This document shows, piece after piece, positions 8,801 to 17,584 of a DNA stretch of 64,000 nucleotides (positions within the stretch are counted from its first letter, which is position 1; each line of letters starts with the position of its first letter). Origin of the DNA: Poseidonia sp. (lineage in GTDB: Archaea > Thermoplasmatota > Poseidoniia > Poseidoniales > Poseidoniaceae); assembly GCA_038124565.1 (NCBI GenBank), contig JAYPCE010000003.1:5910-69909 (forward strand), given 5' to 3'. Under the pieces are notes generated by a model. That model ran no database searches, had not been told where the DNA came from, and saw only the letters and a list, made by a program, of their open reading frames with translations. The translations under genes and the position numbers were made by a program.

Positions 8801-9268
8801 GATAACGACGGCGTTTCCGATGATGCAGACCAGTGCCCTTGGGACCCTATGTACGCCACCTTGGCTGACAAAGCGAAGTGCACCATTCTCTCCGACCCGA
8901 CCTTGATGTCAAACGAAGAATATGCAGATGACTTGGCCGGTGGCGGTAACTTGCTCCTGTACGTTGGCGGCATCATTGCGTTCTTGCTGGCCCTGAACAT
9001 CGTCGCCCAAGTCTCGCGGGCGGCTGGGGCGCGAAAAGCGGTCGCCACACGCGAAGAAGAAGAACGACTGAAAGCAGAAGCAAACGATGAGGAAGAGCGA
9101 CGCCAAGCATGGATTCAACATTATATCAGCCAAGGGAACTTTGCTGAAGCCAGAGCGCTAGGTTGGGAAGGTACCGAGGGGTTGCCTGAGTGGAAACACT
9201 ATGAAATGCAGCAACAAGAAGCCCAAGAAGCATCCATTCCTCAGATGTTTGACCTCGATAATCTGTGA
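5867..9268 (+). CDS. Large Ca-binding surface protein B (tandem paralog of A; ORF track start 5738 overlaps A, ATG 5867 MVRLQAVSIICFLLL... preferred)
   Basis: Same architecture as A. Propeller region is divergent (~30-35% identity by eye). Repeat stalk ~75% identical with a 50-aa block identical to A. TM LLLYVGGIIAFLLALNIVAQV and tail ...RRQAWIQHYISQGNFAEARALGWEGTEGLPEWKHYEMQQQ. Confidence 0.9.
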   Translation: MVRLQAVSIICFLLLQTAVLPTAGAVDADGDGIDDALDDCPHASGDSTVDRQGCPDKDGDGRSDLNDAWTSRYPSFSLDATLTATTDVFDAAYSPTGEFVAIRENQYVKIYNVSTQTLLQTSAQISSSWWGNRLSWSPDGTMLAASISSGVNIYWTSNLTEIQTAIAPTDPGTVRDVAFFPNGSGFIAVGEGWGSNSGKVYAANAVNGTIWHSFQPNNESSFSSVALSPDGSRAAVGGDGVVYVINTSSWQVTRTINHGSQNVRGVDISPDGNWISACDDTGLAYQSTVLRVWGLDNGTQVMAKTGTSRCSETRFSPDGSQVGYSFHFYTDDAASVTIYHINSNSLVTRLSARPTGDPCTDTTAPPNVCGRMYGFDWHPNGLDIISVMGQDNEGVYFWSSNLDPDNDGWNTSDQGDGRVDAFPDESTQWNDTDSDGYGDNPSPAFQPDACPSVQGNSTEDRFGCPDGDGDGWSDAGDWAPNDALQWLDTDGDGHGDNYHFELDAYQFHLNQTGDAFPNDPTQWNDTDGDGYGDNFANASWTTYRPVTWPGEWLSVAVMPDTFPLDRTQWNDTDGDWYGDNQFGSRVDACPTEWGDSEVDRLGCKDSDGDGYSDPTMDWPATTDCYGADAFQNDATQWCDEDNDGFGSNPNGNTPDDCPSTAGTSTIDRYGCADRDGDGYSNAGDPFPDDPTQWSDRDGDNRGDNASGNNPDAFPDDTSQWKDSDDDGYGDNPGGTNGDTYPNDPTQWSDTDGDGYGDNPNGTEGDVCPLEYGESFDEDTRGCPDSDLDGVTDPLDVFPDDPFQWADADGDGYGDNTNVPSGDACVEVFGTSTEAGRLGCPDSDVDGYADLDDAFPNDPEQWTDTDGDGYGDNYFWENTTVEDSENPGMYITLRDQRGDAFPEIATQWSDMDGDGWGDNDNSSNRVDNFPLRASQWLDFDGDGYGDNAVMGAYQPDACPLVPGTSVTGLDAVYFGCPDADNDGVSDDADQCPWDPMYATLADKAKCTILSDPTLMSNEEYADDLAGGGNLLLYVGGIIAFLLALNIVAQVSRAAGARKAVATREEEERLKAEANDEEERRQAWIQHYISQGNFAEARALGWEGTEGLPEWKHYEMQQQEAQEASIPQMFDLDNL
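7066..8850 (+). repeat. Coding tandem array of TSP3-like Ca-binding repeats in protein B
   Basis: As for protein A; antisense ORF artefacts 7725..8336, 7856..8275, 8047..8457, 8375..8725. Confidence 0.85.
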
Positions 9269-9325
9269 TTTTTACGCATGGTTTGCACCGCTGTCCTTTC
9301 AAAGGGGAAGCGACCATGTTTTCAC

Positions 9326-11899
9326 ATGGGCGAGAAGCCGACAGGCCGACTTTTGTTGGTGGCGGGGTTGCTTATGGCTTCCCTCTTGGTCGGTTTCGCT
9401 TCAGCTACGTTGAGCGATGTGCGCCTTGAAACCGAAGTGAGTGAGGCCCTCGGGCAGCCTTGGTACGATGCTGACCAACCCCTCGTCTTCACACCGACCA
9501 TGTACAATGATGGTGACACCGCCGTGACCGTTCCTATGAACCCGGATTGCCGTTTCGTGTTGAATGTTTACAACGAAAGCGGCGTCATGGTGGTCGACGG
9601 TGATGCGTTGTGCCCAGATAAAGAGCAAGGCCAAGACTTCTTTGCCGGAGAAAACCACACATTTGACGCCGTGGAATGGGGGATGAAAGATGCTGAGGGT
9701 GAATGGCTGCAAAGCGGCACCTACACGGTTGAATTGATGCATACCAAGACCGGCCTTACTCAACACGTTGTTGCCACGGTCCAAACACCGGTCACGCTTC
9801 CCGACGGGTTGACTTACTCAGTGGAATGGATGCAGCGAACGGCGGAGGCCGACGGTGCTTGGGTGGGCTTGGTCAGCCTGCACAACCCCACCGCCCAAGC
9901 GGTTGACCTTGACCTTCTTCCTGCGTGTTCGATGGAAGTCCGAATCGGTACAGAGTCTCGCCTTGGCGCCCCCTGCTTTGGAGAAGTTGAGACACTGATG
10001 CCCGGCGAAGTGATGCTCGTTGACCAACTGGTGGTTGCCTCACCCGAAACGCTGGATGTCCGCATTTCAACGCCCGGCAAGTCCTTTGTCCATGCACAAA
10101 CCTTGCAGGGCCTCACCGGGCCGATGGCGCTCCAAGCCACACCATCGCTTGCCCTCAACACCAACGAAGCACGGGCCTTCGGCCAGGGCGATGTTCTCGT
10201 CAGTGAACTTCTGTTGACCAGCACCAGCCTCGAAGACCAAACGATGGCCTTCACATCCACATGCAAGGCAGAACTTTGGGTGCTCGACGATTTGGGTCAT
10301 GTGGTGTTCGACTCACGCGCTGACAAAACGTGTCAGACCATTGAGCTCGAAGATTCACTCAAAGCCGACTCTCCCATGACCTTTACATTGCCACAATGGG
10401 GCTTCTTTGACAACGATGGCTGCCGTGTTCAGCCGGGAACCTACACCGTTGTCGCTGAACTCCCTGAATTCAACCTCGCCACCCTGCAGACGGTGGAGTA
10501 CAGAGATGCCGAGGCCAATCCTTGCACCTCGTCCTCTTCGCTGACATTGGAGGCGACTTCGTCGTGGTTGGATGAAGACACCTTGCAGGTCAGCACGGTG
10601 ATGTCCAACGAAGGCGATGCTCACTATCTTCGGATGGTACAACCGTGCACTTACGCGTTGGACTTTGTTGACACCTCGGGCGTCTCGGTTCACCGGTTCC
10701 AAGCCCTGTGCGGCGAATACGATGGACGCAAGGTGTTTGTTCCCAGCGGTGCAGCGGCCTTGATGTTTGATGTGCTTGAGGTGGAGATGGTGCAAAACGG
10801 TCAGCCATTGCTACCCGATGGCTTCTACACCCTTGAGGTCACCATGTTCGCCTCGTCCGATGTGGTCGCCACCATCGACCTTGCTTGGCCTGAAACCTTC
10901 ACGGAGGACGTGAATACCGAACCCGAAGAAGAACAACCCGTCCTCAATTCATACGAACTTACTGGCACTTGGATGGGACTCTTGACCGAGACCGGCACAT
11001 GCTATGTGATGGAAGTCGGCGACTCCACAGTTTTGCTCTCCCACGCACGAACCCTGCCTTCCTGGACGCCAAACGGTGCTGTGCAAGGTATCTACGAAGT
11101 CGTAGACACGACCCCTTCGCCTGCGTGTGCCACCTTTTCCGCACCTTCCGTTGAAGTGGTGGAGGTCTTGATGGAACAACCTCTTGCTCAAGAACAACAG
11201 GAATCGGTTGCAGAGACGGTGCTGGTGGAAGAAGACCCTGAGGTGGCGATTGACCCCGTGGTTCCGGTTGTGACGGTGATTGTGACGGCTTCAGTGCTCT
11301 CCATCTTGGGTATCGTGGTGGCCACGAACGAAGGGTTGAGGCTACCGGCCACCATGGCTGGCTTGTGGTTCATCGGCCTGTTGGGCAAAACGCATGAGAC
11401 CACCGACGGGCGGTATCAGCGAGGCCGATTGATGGGGTACCTCACGGCCAATCCGGGCTGTCACTTCCGTGCCTTGATGAGTGCCCTTGACATGAGCAAT
11501 GGACAAATTACGCATCATTTGCGAGTACTGGAAGCCGAAGAAAACGTGTGGCGAAAGAACGATGGACGCTTGGTTCGCTATTACCCGCTGACCAACCAGT
11601 TGCATCCAAACACCGCTGACGATGACCTTCCTGTACCGCCGCTTTCACCAGACCCGAACAGTCTGCAGGGCAAGATCTTGAATCTGCTCGACCACGACGG
11701 GGAATTGGGTCAATTCCCGACCCAAGCAGAATTGGCCAAGCGTCTTGAGAAGAGCCAGCAATTGATTTCTCACCACCTGCGAACATTGCAGAAGTATGGT
11801 TTGGTTGAACGGCGAAAGATGGGCGTGATGAATCGCTACAAGTTGACTCGCGAAGCCATCTTCCTGCTCGAGACAAGCGATGATTTCGGCCAAAACTGA
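9326..11899 (+). CDS. Single-pass membrane protein: signal peptide, four Cys-paired extracellular beta-sandwich-like repeats, TM, two cytoplasmic winged-HTH (ArsR/MarR-like) domains; putative membrane-tethered transcription regulator (ORF track start 9278)
   Basis: MGEKPTGRLLLVAGLLMASLLVGFASA signal. Four repeats each with a Cys pair (NPDCRF...ALCPD; LPACSMEV...APCFGEV; TSTCKAEL...DKTCQTIEL; VQPCTYAL...QALCGEY). TM VVPVVTVIVTASVLSILGIVVA. Two wHTH units: RGRLMGYLTANPGCHFRALMSALDMSNGQITHHLRVLEAEENVWRKNDGRLVRYYPLT and QGKILNLLDHDGELGQFPTQAELAKRLEKSQQLISHHLRTLQKYGLVERRKMGVMNRYKLT. Confidence 0.85.
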   Translation: MGEKPTGRLLLVAGLLMASLLVGFASATLSDVRLETEVSEALGQPWYDADQPLVFTPTMYNDGDTAVTVPMNPDCRFVLNVYNESGVMVVDGDALCPDKEQGQDFFAGENHTFDAVEWGMKDAEGEWLQSGTYTVELMHTKTGLTQHVVATVQTPVTLPDGLTYSVEWMQRTAEADGAWVGLVSLHNPTAQAVDLDLLPACSMEVRIGTESRLGAPCFGEVETLMPGEVMLVDQLVVASPETLDVRISTPGKSFVHAQTLQGLTGPMALQATPSLALNTNEARAFGQGDVLVSELLLTSTSLEDQTMAFTSTCKAELWVLDDLGHVVFDSRADKTCQTIELEDSLKADSPMTFTLPQWGFFDNDGCRVQPGTYTVVAELPEFNLATLQTVEYRDAEANPCTSSSSLTLEATSSWLDEDTLQVSTVMSNEGDAHYLRMVQPCTYALDFVDTSGVSVHRFQALCGEYDGRKVFVPSGAAALMFDVLEVEMVQNGQPLLPDGFYTLEVTMFASSDVVATIDLAWPETFTEDVNTEPEEEQPVLNSYELTGTWMGLLTETGTCYVMEVGDSTVLLSHARTLPSWTPNGAVQGIYEVVDTTPSPACATFSAPSVEVVEVLMEQPLAQEQQESVAETVLVEEDPEVAIDPVVPVVTVIVTASVLSILGIVVATNEGLRLPATMAGLWFIGLLGKTHETTDGRYQRGRLMGYLTANPGCHFRALMSALDMSNGQITHHLRVLEAEENVWRKNDGRLVRYYPLTNQLHPNTADDDLPVPPLSPDPNSLQGKILNLLDHDGELGQFPTQAELAKRLEKSQQLISHHLRTLQKYGLVERRKMGVMNRYKLTREAIFLLETSDDFGQN

Positions 11900-11996
11900 A
11901 GGGCGTCGTTCTTTGACCCATTGGTGCGAATGTCAAGCGTGGCTTTCATAGCGTGTTGTTGAGTGGGAGGCCTTGTCCAGTGGACGGTGAACGCCC

Positions 11997-14822
11997 ATGT
12001 CAACCGAACTCAAGGCCGTTGACGAGGTGGGCTGGCAGCAAAAATGGGCAGATGCGAAACTGTTTGACGCTGAGATTCGCGAAGGCCGCCCTTCCTTTTA
12101 CTGCCTTGAGATGTACCCTTACCCATCTGGAAAAATGCACATGGGGCATGTTCGTAATTATTCCATCGGGGACGCGGTAGCCCGGTTTAAGCGCATGATG
12201 GGCTTTGATGTGCTCTACCCGATGGGCTACGACTCCTTTGGTATGCCAGCCGAAAACGCAGCCATCTCCGAGGGAGGCCATCCCCACGACATCACAGAGC
12301 GAAACATGGCCTCCATCACCGCCCAAATCAAGCGTATGGGGTTCTCGTACGACTGGCGCCGAACCCTCAAGAGTCACGACCCACGCTATTACAAGTGGAA
12401 CCAGTGGTTTTTCACCAAATTCATGGAAAAAGGGTTGGCGCGCAGAGAGAGTGCACCAGTGAACTGGTGCGAGGATTGTGTCACCGTTTTGGCCAATGAG
12501 CAAGTAAAGGCAGGTCGCTGCTGGCGCTGCAATGGACCTGTGTTGCAGAAAACCATGAGTCAATGGTTCCTCGATCTACCCGCATACGGCCAAGAACTGT
12601 ACGATGGGCTTGACACGATTGCGTTTCCCGAGAACGTCAAGTCGCTCCAGCAAGATTGGCTTGGCCGTTCGGAAGGTGCGAACATTCGCTTTGCTATCGC
12701 TGGACAAGACGCCAGCATCGAGGTTTACACCACACGGCCAGATACATTGTTTGGCGCCACCTTTGTCACCCTTGCTCCCGAACACCCCATGGCGGCTGAA
12801 TTGGTCGCAGGCAGCGAACACGAAGAGGCATGGCGTGAGTTGCACGACGAAGTCGTCAGCATGTCGGAATTTGACCGTATCAAGAACATGAACAAGAAGA
12901 AAGGTGTCTTTTCAGGCCGGTACGCCATTCACCCCTTGACCGGTGATGAAGTGCCGATTTGGTTTGGTAATTTCGTCATCGCCACCTACGGAACGGGGGC
13001 AGTGATGGCCGTTCCTGCACACGATGAGCGTGACTTTGAGTTTGCGAGTGCCTACGGTATCCCCATCCCCAGAGTCTTGGTGATGGCCGAACATGGTGAT
13101 GCTGATGCGCCCATGGAGCGGGCGGAAACCGAACTCGGATGGATGGTGAACAGCCCGCTCGAGGGCTTTGACGGTCTGTACGGCCAAGAGGCCAAGGATG
13201 CTGTTTGCGCAGCGCTGGAAAAGGCCGGCTGTGGTGAGCAAACCGTGAATTGGAAAATACGCCCTTGGTTGCTCTCTCGGCAACGCTACTGGGGCACACC
13301 CATCCCGGTCATCCACTGCAAAGATTGCGGTGCCGTTCCCGTACCTGAGAAGGATTTGCCTGTAGAACTTCCCCGCGATGTGGTGTTCGGTCAAGGAAAC
13401 CCTCTGGAAACTTCGTTGTCTTTTGTCCACGCACCTTGCCCCTCTTGTGGTGCAGATGCACGCCGTGAAACCGATACCATGGACACCTTCATGGATTCTT
13501 CATGGTACTTCCTGCGCTACACCGACGCCCTCAACGATGACCGGCCGTTTGACCAAGCCATTGCCGACCATTGGATGCAAGTGGACTTCTATTGCGGGGG
13601 TATTGAACACGCTCAGATGCACTTGATTTACGCCCGCTTCATGACCAAAGCTCTGCGAGATTTGGGCTTGGTCAACGTGGATGAACCGTTTCATGAATTG
13701 CTCTGCCAAGGCATGGTCAACAAATCGGCGCCGTTTTGTGCCGCTTGCGGTGTGACGCTGTCGGTCGCTCATGCAGGCGCTCCCTGCCCCCATTGTGACG
13801 GCGAATTGGGCACCCGCTCTGCCAAAATGAGCAAATCCCTAGGCAACACCGTTTCGCCTGAAGACATGATTGAGCGGTTCGGAGCGGACACCGTGCGCTT
13901 GTTCATTCTCTTTGCAGCCAACCCCACGGCAGGCATGGATTGGTCCGACACGGCCTTGGAGGCCAATCATCGCGTGATGCTTCAACTCCAAACCATGCCC
14001 GCACAGATTTTGGCTTGGCCAGAAGCCTCCACGCCAATGGATGCATGGATGGAAACCCGTTTTACACAACGCGTCCATGAATTCGTTGCAGCCATGGAGG
14101 CGTACGACTTACGTCGGGCTGTTGAAATCAGCCATTACGACATCATCAAGGACATCAACTGGTATGTCCGTAGAGGCGGTGGCTGTCGAAGCATCGCTGA
14201 CTGGATGCTACCATTGTGGTCTCAACTTCTTTCTGTCTCCACTCCGCATCTGGCCGAAGAGTGGTGGGATGGACTGAACGCCACCTCTGGCTTTGTCTCT
14301 GCGAGTTCACTCGCCCTACCATCTCCTCTTGACGACGATGCGCTGGTGCGCCTCGCCTCTGAACAGTACATTCGAGATGTCCTGGAACAGGCTCGTAAAG
14401 TCCATGTCGTGGCCGAGCGGCATTTGGGTGCGCCGGCCACTGAGGCCACGTTCGTCGTTGCCCCTGCTTGGAAACGCGACATGGCACAGGCTGCTTTGGC
14501 GTTCATCGCAGAGGGAGGGCATCCGAAGCAATTCATGCCGGTCCTGCAGGCGATGCCGATGGCTCAAGGCGAACGAAAAGAGGAAATCATCGGTCATTGG
14601 GCCAAGAAGATGTTGCCTCAGGTCTTCAAGTGGGACGACGCCTCCAGAGAAGTGGTTTCCTCATCGATGAACGAGGCCGATGTGCTGTCGCAGGCATCGG
14701 CATTTATCGCAGCCGAATTAAATCTCCAAGCCGTTCATGTTGTGGTTGGCGAGAGTGATGAAGACACAACCGAACGTGCATCTTCAGCCATGCCGCTGGC
14801 ACCCAGCATCATCTATGGCTGA
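11997..14822 (+). CDS. leuS: Leucyl-tRNA synthetase (archaeal/eukaryal type)
   Basis: HIGH motif HMGHVRNYSIGD, KMSKS motif KMSKSLGN, CP1 editing region and zinc-binding CxxC pairs; 941 aa. Confidence 0.97.
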   Translation: MSTELKAVDEVGWQQKWADAKLFDAEIREGRPSFYCLEMYPYPSGKMHMGHVRNYSIGDAVARFKRMMGFDVLYPMGYDSFGMPAENAAISEGGHPHDITERNMASITAQIKRMGFSYDWRRTLKSHDPRYYKWNQWFFTKFMEKGLARRESAPVNWCEDCVTVLANEQVKAGRCWRCNGPVLQKTMSQWFLDLPAYGQELYDGLDTIAFPENVKSLQQDWLGRSEGANIRFAIAGQDASIEVYTTRPDTLFGATFVTLAPEHPMAAELVAGSEHEEAWRELHDEVVSMSEFDRIKNMNKKKGVFSGRYAIHPLTGDEVPIWFGNFVIATYGTGAVMAVPAHDERDFEFASAYGIPIPRVLVMAEHGDADAPMERAETELGWMVNSPLEGFDGLYGQEAKDAVCAALEKAGCGEQTVNWKIRPWLLSRQRYWGTPIPVIHCKDCGAVPVPEKDLPVELPRDVVFGQGNPLETSLSFVHAPCPSCGADARRETDTMDTFMDSSWYFLRYTDALNDDRPFDQAIADHWMQVDFYCGGIEHAQMHLIYARFMTKALRDLGLVNVDEPFHELLCQGMVNKSAPFCAACGVTLSVAHAGAPCPHCDGELGTRSAKMSKSLGNTVSPEDMIERFGADTVRLFILFAANPTAGMDWSDTALEANHRVMLQLQTMPAQILAWPEASTPMDAWMETRFTQRVHEFVAAMEAYDLRRAVEISHYDIIKDINWYVRRGGGCRSIADWMLPLWSQLLSVSTPHLAEEWWDGLNATSGFVSASSLALPSPLDDDALVRLASEQYIRDVLEQARKVHVVAERHLGAPATEATFVVAPAWKRDMAQAALAFIAEGGHPKQFMPVLQAMPMAQGERKEEIIGHWAKKMLPQVFKWDDASREVVSSSMNEADVLSQASAFIAAELNLQAVHVVVGESDEDTTERASSAMPLAPSIIYG

Positions 14823-17489
14823 TCATTCGGCTTCATCAATGGATGCCGGGCGTGGCGGAGGGATCTTTGTGACCGTATCAAGCGGTGGACCTGGCCGTTG
14901 GTTATTGGTGTAGATGGCCAGCCCAACAACCACCAAGGCAAGCAAGAACAGCCATCCAGCAAGCCCCCAACCCTCGTCCTCTGTGTTGGATGAAGGGGAA
15001 AGACCGCTGGCGTCACACCCTTGTTGGTCCACAACGGCATTGGCTGCTGAATTCAGACAGAAGTCATAGGCATTGACCACACCGTCACCATCGTCATCCA
15101 GTTGGAATTGACTGCATCCATTCGATGAAATTTGGTCTGCTGGGTCCGAGCGCGGACATTCATCCAACGGGTCAAGCACCCCGTCTTGGTCGTCATCATC
15201 GTCCTCCACGGCATCAATGCAGCCGTCACCGTCCATGTCCTGACCGGCTTGCGCAACGCCAAGCATTCCTTTCGGACATCGGTCAACGCCGTCCAGTACC
15301 CCATCGTTGTCGTCGTCGCCGTCTTCGGTAGCGTCAGCACATCCGTCGTTATCGTGGTCCATGGAGGCAGCATCAGCGATCCAATTTTTCGCACCAAGCG
15401 GGCACGCATCATCAACATCCAACACGCCATCGTCATCGTCGTCTTCATCCATTGTCTCGTCCATACAACCGTCCCGGTCGTAATCGTTCAAGTTGATTGA
15501 AATCCACGGCGTGAGGTCGTTGGGGCAATTGTCATCGGGAATGGTAATCCCGTCCCCGTCTTTATCGGCATCACAGAGGTCACCGATGCCATCGTTGTCC
15601 AAATCGGCTTGGGTGGGGTTGGCTACAGCAGGACAATTGTCTGCCTGGTCCACGAACCCGTCGCCGTCAGCGTCAATATCCGCACAACCATCGGCCTCAA
15701 TGTCGTTCTCTTCATCGGAAATCCAACCAACGGGGCCTTTGGGACACAGGTCGTTGGTGTCAAAGATACCATCTTCATCATCATCCAAATCTTCGGTCGC
15801 GTCTCGGCATCCATCGCCGTCGTGGTCTGAGTTACTGTTGGCCAGCCAACCGACTTCGCCGCTCGGGCAATCGTCGTTCAGGTCGGCAACCCCGTCGCCA
15901 TCATCGTCGTCGTCGCACTCGTCACCAAAGGCATCTCCATCCAAGTTGGCTTGGTCAGGGTTGGCCAGTTTCGGACAATTGTCAACACCGTCCAGCACCC
16001 CATCCAAATCAAGGTCGGTTTCGTACAACCAAACGCCCATGTCAAGTTGATTGCGTTGGTCAAAGGTGTGTCCGCCATACGTACCGTCAGCGTTCGCATT
16101 GAAGGCGACCACAGGTGAACCCGTGGCGCTGAAGATCAAGTCCGTAGCGAGGTCGTTACCTGGACCCCCACCAGAGATGGCCCAGTCCCACGCTCCGCTG
16201 GCTTGGCGTTGGGCAAGGAACACATCGAAGTGGTTTCCATCGTTGATGCCATCGATATCGGTCAATGTGTATTCACCCAAGATGATGCTCCCCGTGGTTT
16301 CTCCGACCACGACGGTATCGCCTTGGTCCGAGACGTGAACGTCTTTCACGCGGTCGGCTCCGTTCCCACCGAATCCAGCGGCATGCAACCATTCGCCCGA
16401 AGGAGAGAGATGCGCTTCGTAGAAATCAATCCAAACGGCATCATCAACGGCATGTACACCAAATGTGAGGTTCTGCAAATAATCCCCGACCACACTGATG
16501 CCGCCTCCGGGCCGTCCGGCGCAGGCGACCGCCGTGGTGTCATCAGACCCGCCTGCTTGGGCTACCCACTGCCAACTTGCCGTTGAATAACTGCCCACAG
16601 CTACGTTGAGCCCGCCGGTGCTGTTGACCTCATGTTCACCAAAAATCACCATGTCCATGAAACTTGTAGCAAAGTAAGTTTGGCCAGTGGTGTCTTTGCA
16701 CAAGGAACCGGTGTCGTCCAGCGCTTGGGTGGAAAAGACGGTGTGGAGGCCAATCAAACTCCCTTGGTCGTCCATCATCAACAAAGCCACCGCCTCTTGA
16801 GTAACGCTGGCGGGAGAGGTGAGGTTGTTAACGACGAGTTCACCACGGTGCAAGACGGCCAGATGGATCTCATCGTTTTGCGTGACCATAAGGTCAACCA
16901 CCATCATTTGGTAGGGGTTGGAAAAGGATGTGGCCCAAACCCACTCACCGTTGGGTGTCATGGTCGCCAAAAACACGGCGTTTTCGTCGTCGTTAGCGCT
17001 TTTGTTGATGGGGTCAAGGTCGCCAAGTGTCAGGTTGCACGGGTCGCCTAGCGTCATGTCACAATAGGTTCCAGCGACAACGATGGTGCCGTCGCTCAGC
17101 GCTGCCATGGCGGCAATGTTGTCCAAGCCGGAACTGCTGCCGTTGGCGCTGTAGCTCCAATTCCCTTCTTCATCAATCCAACCGATGAAGAAATCAACGC
17201 CAAATGATGAATCCTCGCTTGAGAATCCGATAACATCGCCATCGAAGGCTATGTTTTGTTCAAACGAACCGGCCACGATGATGGAGCCGTTTGAAAGCGG
17301 GACCATGGAGGACACTTGTTCGCTACTTGACCCACTTGCACTGGCCAGCCAACCTGAGGTGTTTTCTTCCCCGGTCAACAGAGGGCCGTCGTTATTGAGG
17401 GTCACTGCATCGCCGTACTGAACCAGCGGCATAGTGGAAAATCCAAGCAGGGCTGCCGCCAAGAGGACATGGAGCACCGTAAAGCGCAT
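14823..17489 (-). CDS. Large Ca-binding surface protein C: signal peptide, beta-propeller-like N-terminal region, TSP3-like repeat array, C-terminal TM anchor (ORF track start 17537; ATG 17489 MRFTVLHVLLAAALLG preferred)
   Basis: Repeats DLDLDGVLDGVDNCPKLANPDQANLDGDAFGDECDDDDDGDGVADLNDDCP... in canonical TSP3 form (D-x-D-x-D-G-x-x-D-x-x-D-N-C-P). TM GWLFLLALVVVGLAIY. Short P-rich tail. Stop codon abuts leuS stop (convergent). Confidence 0.9.
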   Translation of the reverse strand: MRFTVLHVLLAAALLGFSTMPLVQYGDAVTLNNDGPLLTGEENTSGWLASASGSSSEQVSSMVPLSNGSIIVAGSFEQNIAFDGDVIGFSSEDSSFGVDFFIGWIDEEGNWSYSANGSSSGLDNIAAMAALSDGTIVVAGTYCDMTLGDPCNLTLGDLDPINKSANDDENAVFLATMTPNGEWVWATSFSNPYQMMVVDLMVTQNDEIHLAVLHRGELVVNNLTSPASVTQEAVALLMMDDQGSLIGLHTVFSTQALDDTGSLCKDTTGQTYFATSFMDMVIFGEHEVNSTGGLNVAVGSYSTASWQWVAQAGGSDDTTAVACAGRPGGGISVVGDYLQNLTFGVHAVDDAVWIDFYEAHLSPSGEWLHAAGFGGNGADRVKDVHVSDQGDTVVVGETTGSIILGEYTLTDIDGINDGNHFDVFLAQRQASGAWDWAISGGGPGNDLATDLIFSATGSPVVAFNANADGTYGGHTFDQRNQLDMGVWLYETDLDLDGVLDGVDNCPKLANPDQANLDGDAFGDECDDDDDGDGVADLNDDCPSGEVGWLANSNSDHDGDGCRDATEDLDDDEDGIFDTNDLCPKGPVGWISDEENDIEADGCADIDADGDGFVDQADNCPAVANPTQADLDNDGIGDLCDADKDGDGITIPDDNCPNDLTPWISINLNDYDRDGCMDETMDEDDDDDGVLDVDDACPLGAKNWIADAASMDHDNDGCADATEDGDDDNDGVLDGVDRCPKGMLGVAQAGQDMDGDGCIDAVEDDDDDQDGVLDPLDECPRSDPADQISSNGCSQFQLDDDGDGVVNAYDFCLNSAANAVVDQQGCDASGLSPSSNTEDEGWGLAGWLFLLALVVVGLAIYTNNQRPGPPLDTVTKIPPPRPASIDEAE
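15140..16130 (-). repeat. Coding TSP3-like Ca-binding repeat array in protein C
   Basis: Consecutive D-x-D-x-D-G-x-x-D...C-P units; produces antisense ORFs 15132..15500, 15493..16050. Confidence 0.8.
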
Positions 17490-17584
17490 GCCTTTGGATA
17501 GAAGTCCTGCATAAGAACCTCGCGTGCTGGCGTGCATCCACCTACGGGGGAGGCTTCATTGAGTGTCGCCGATGCAATCCTCTC

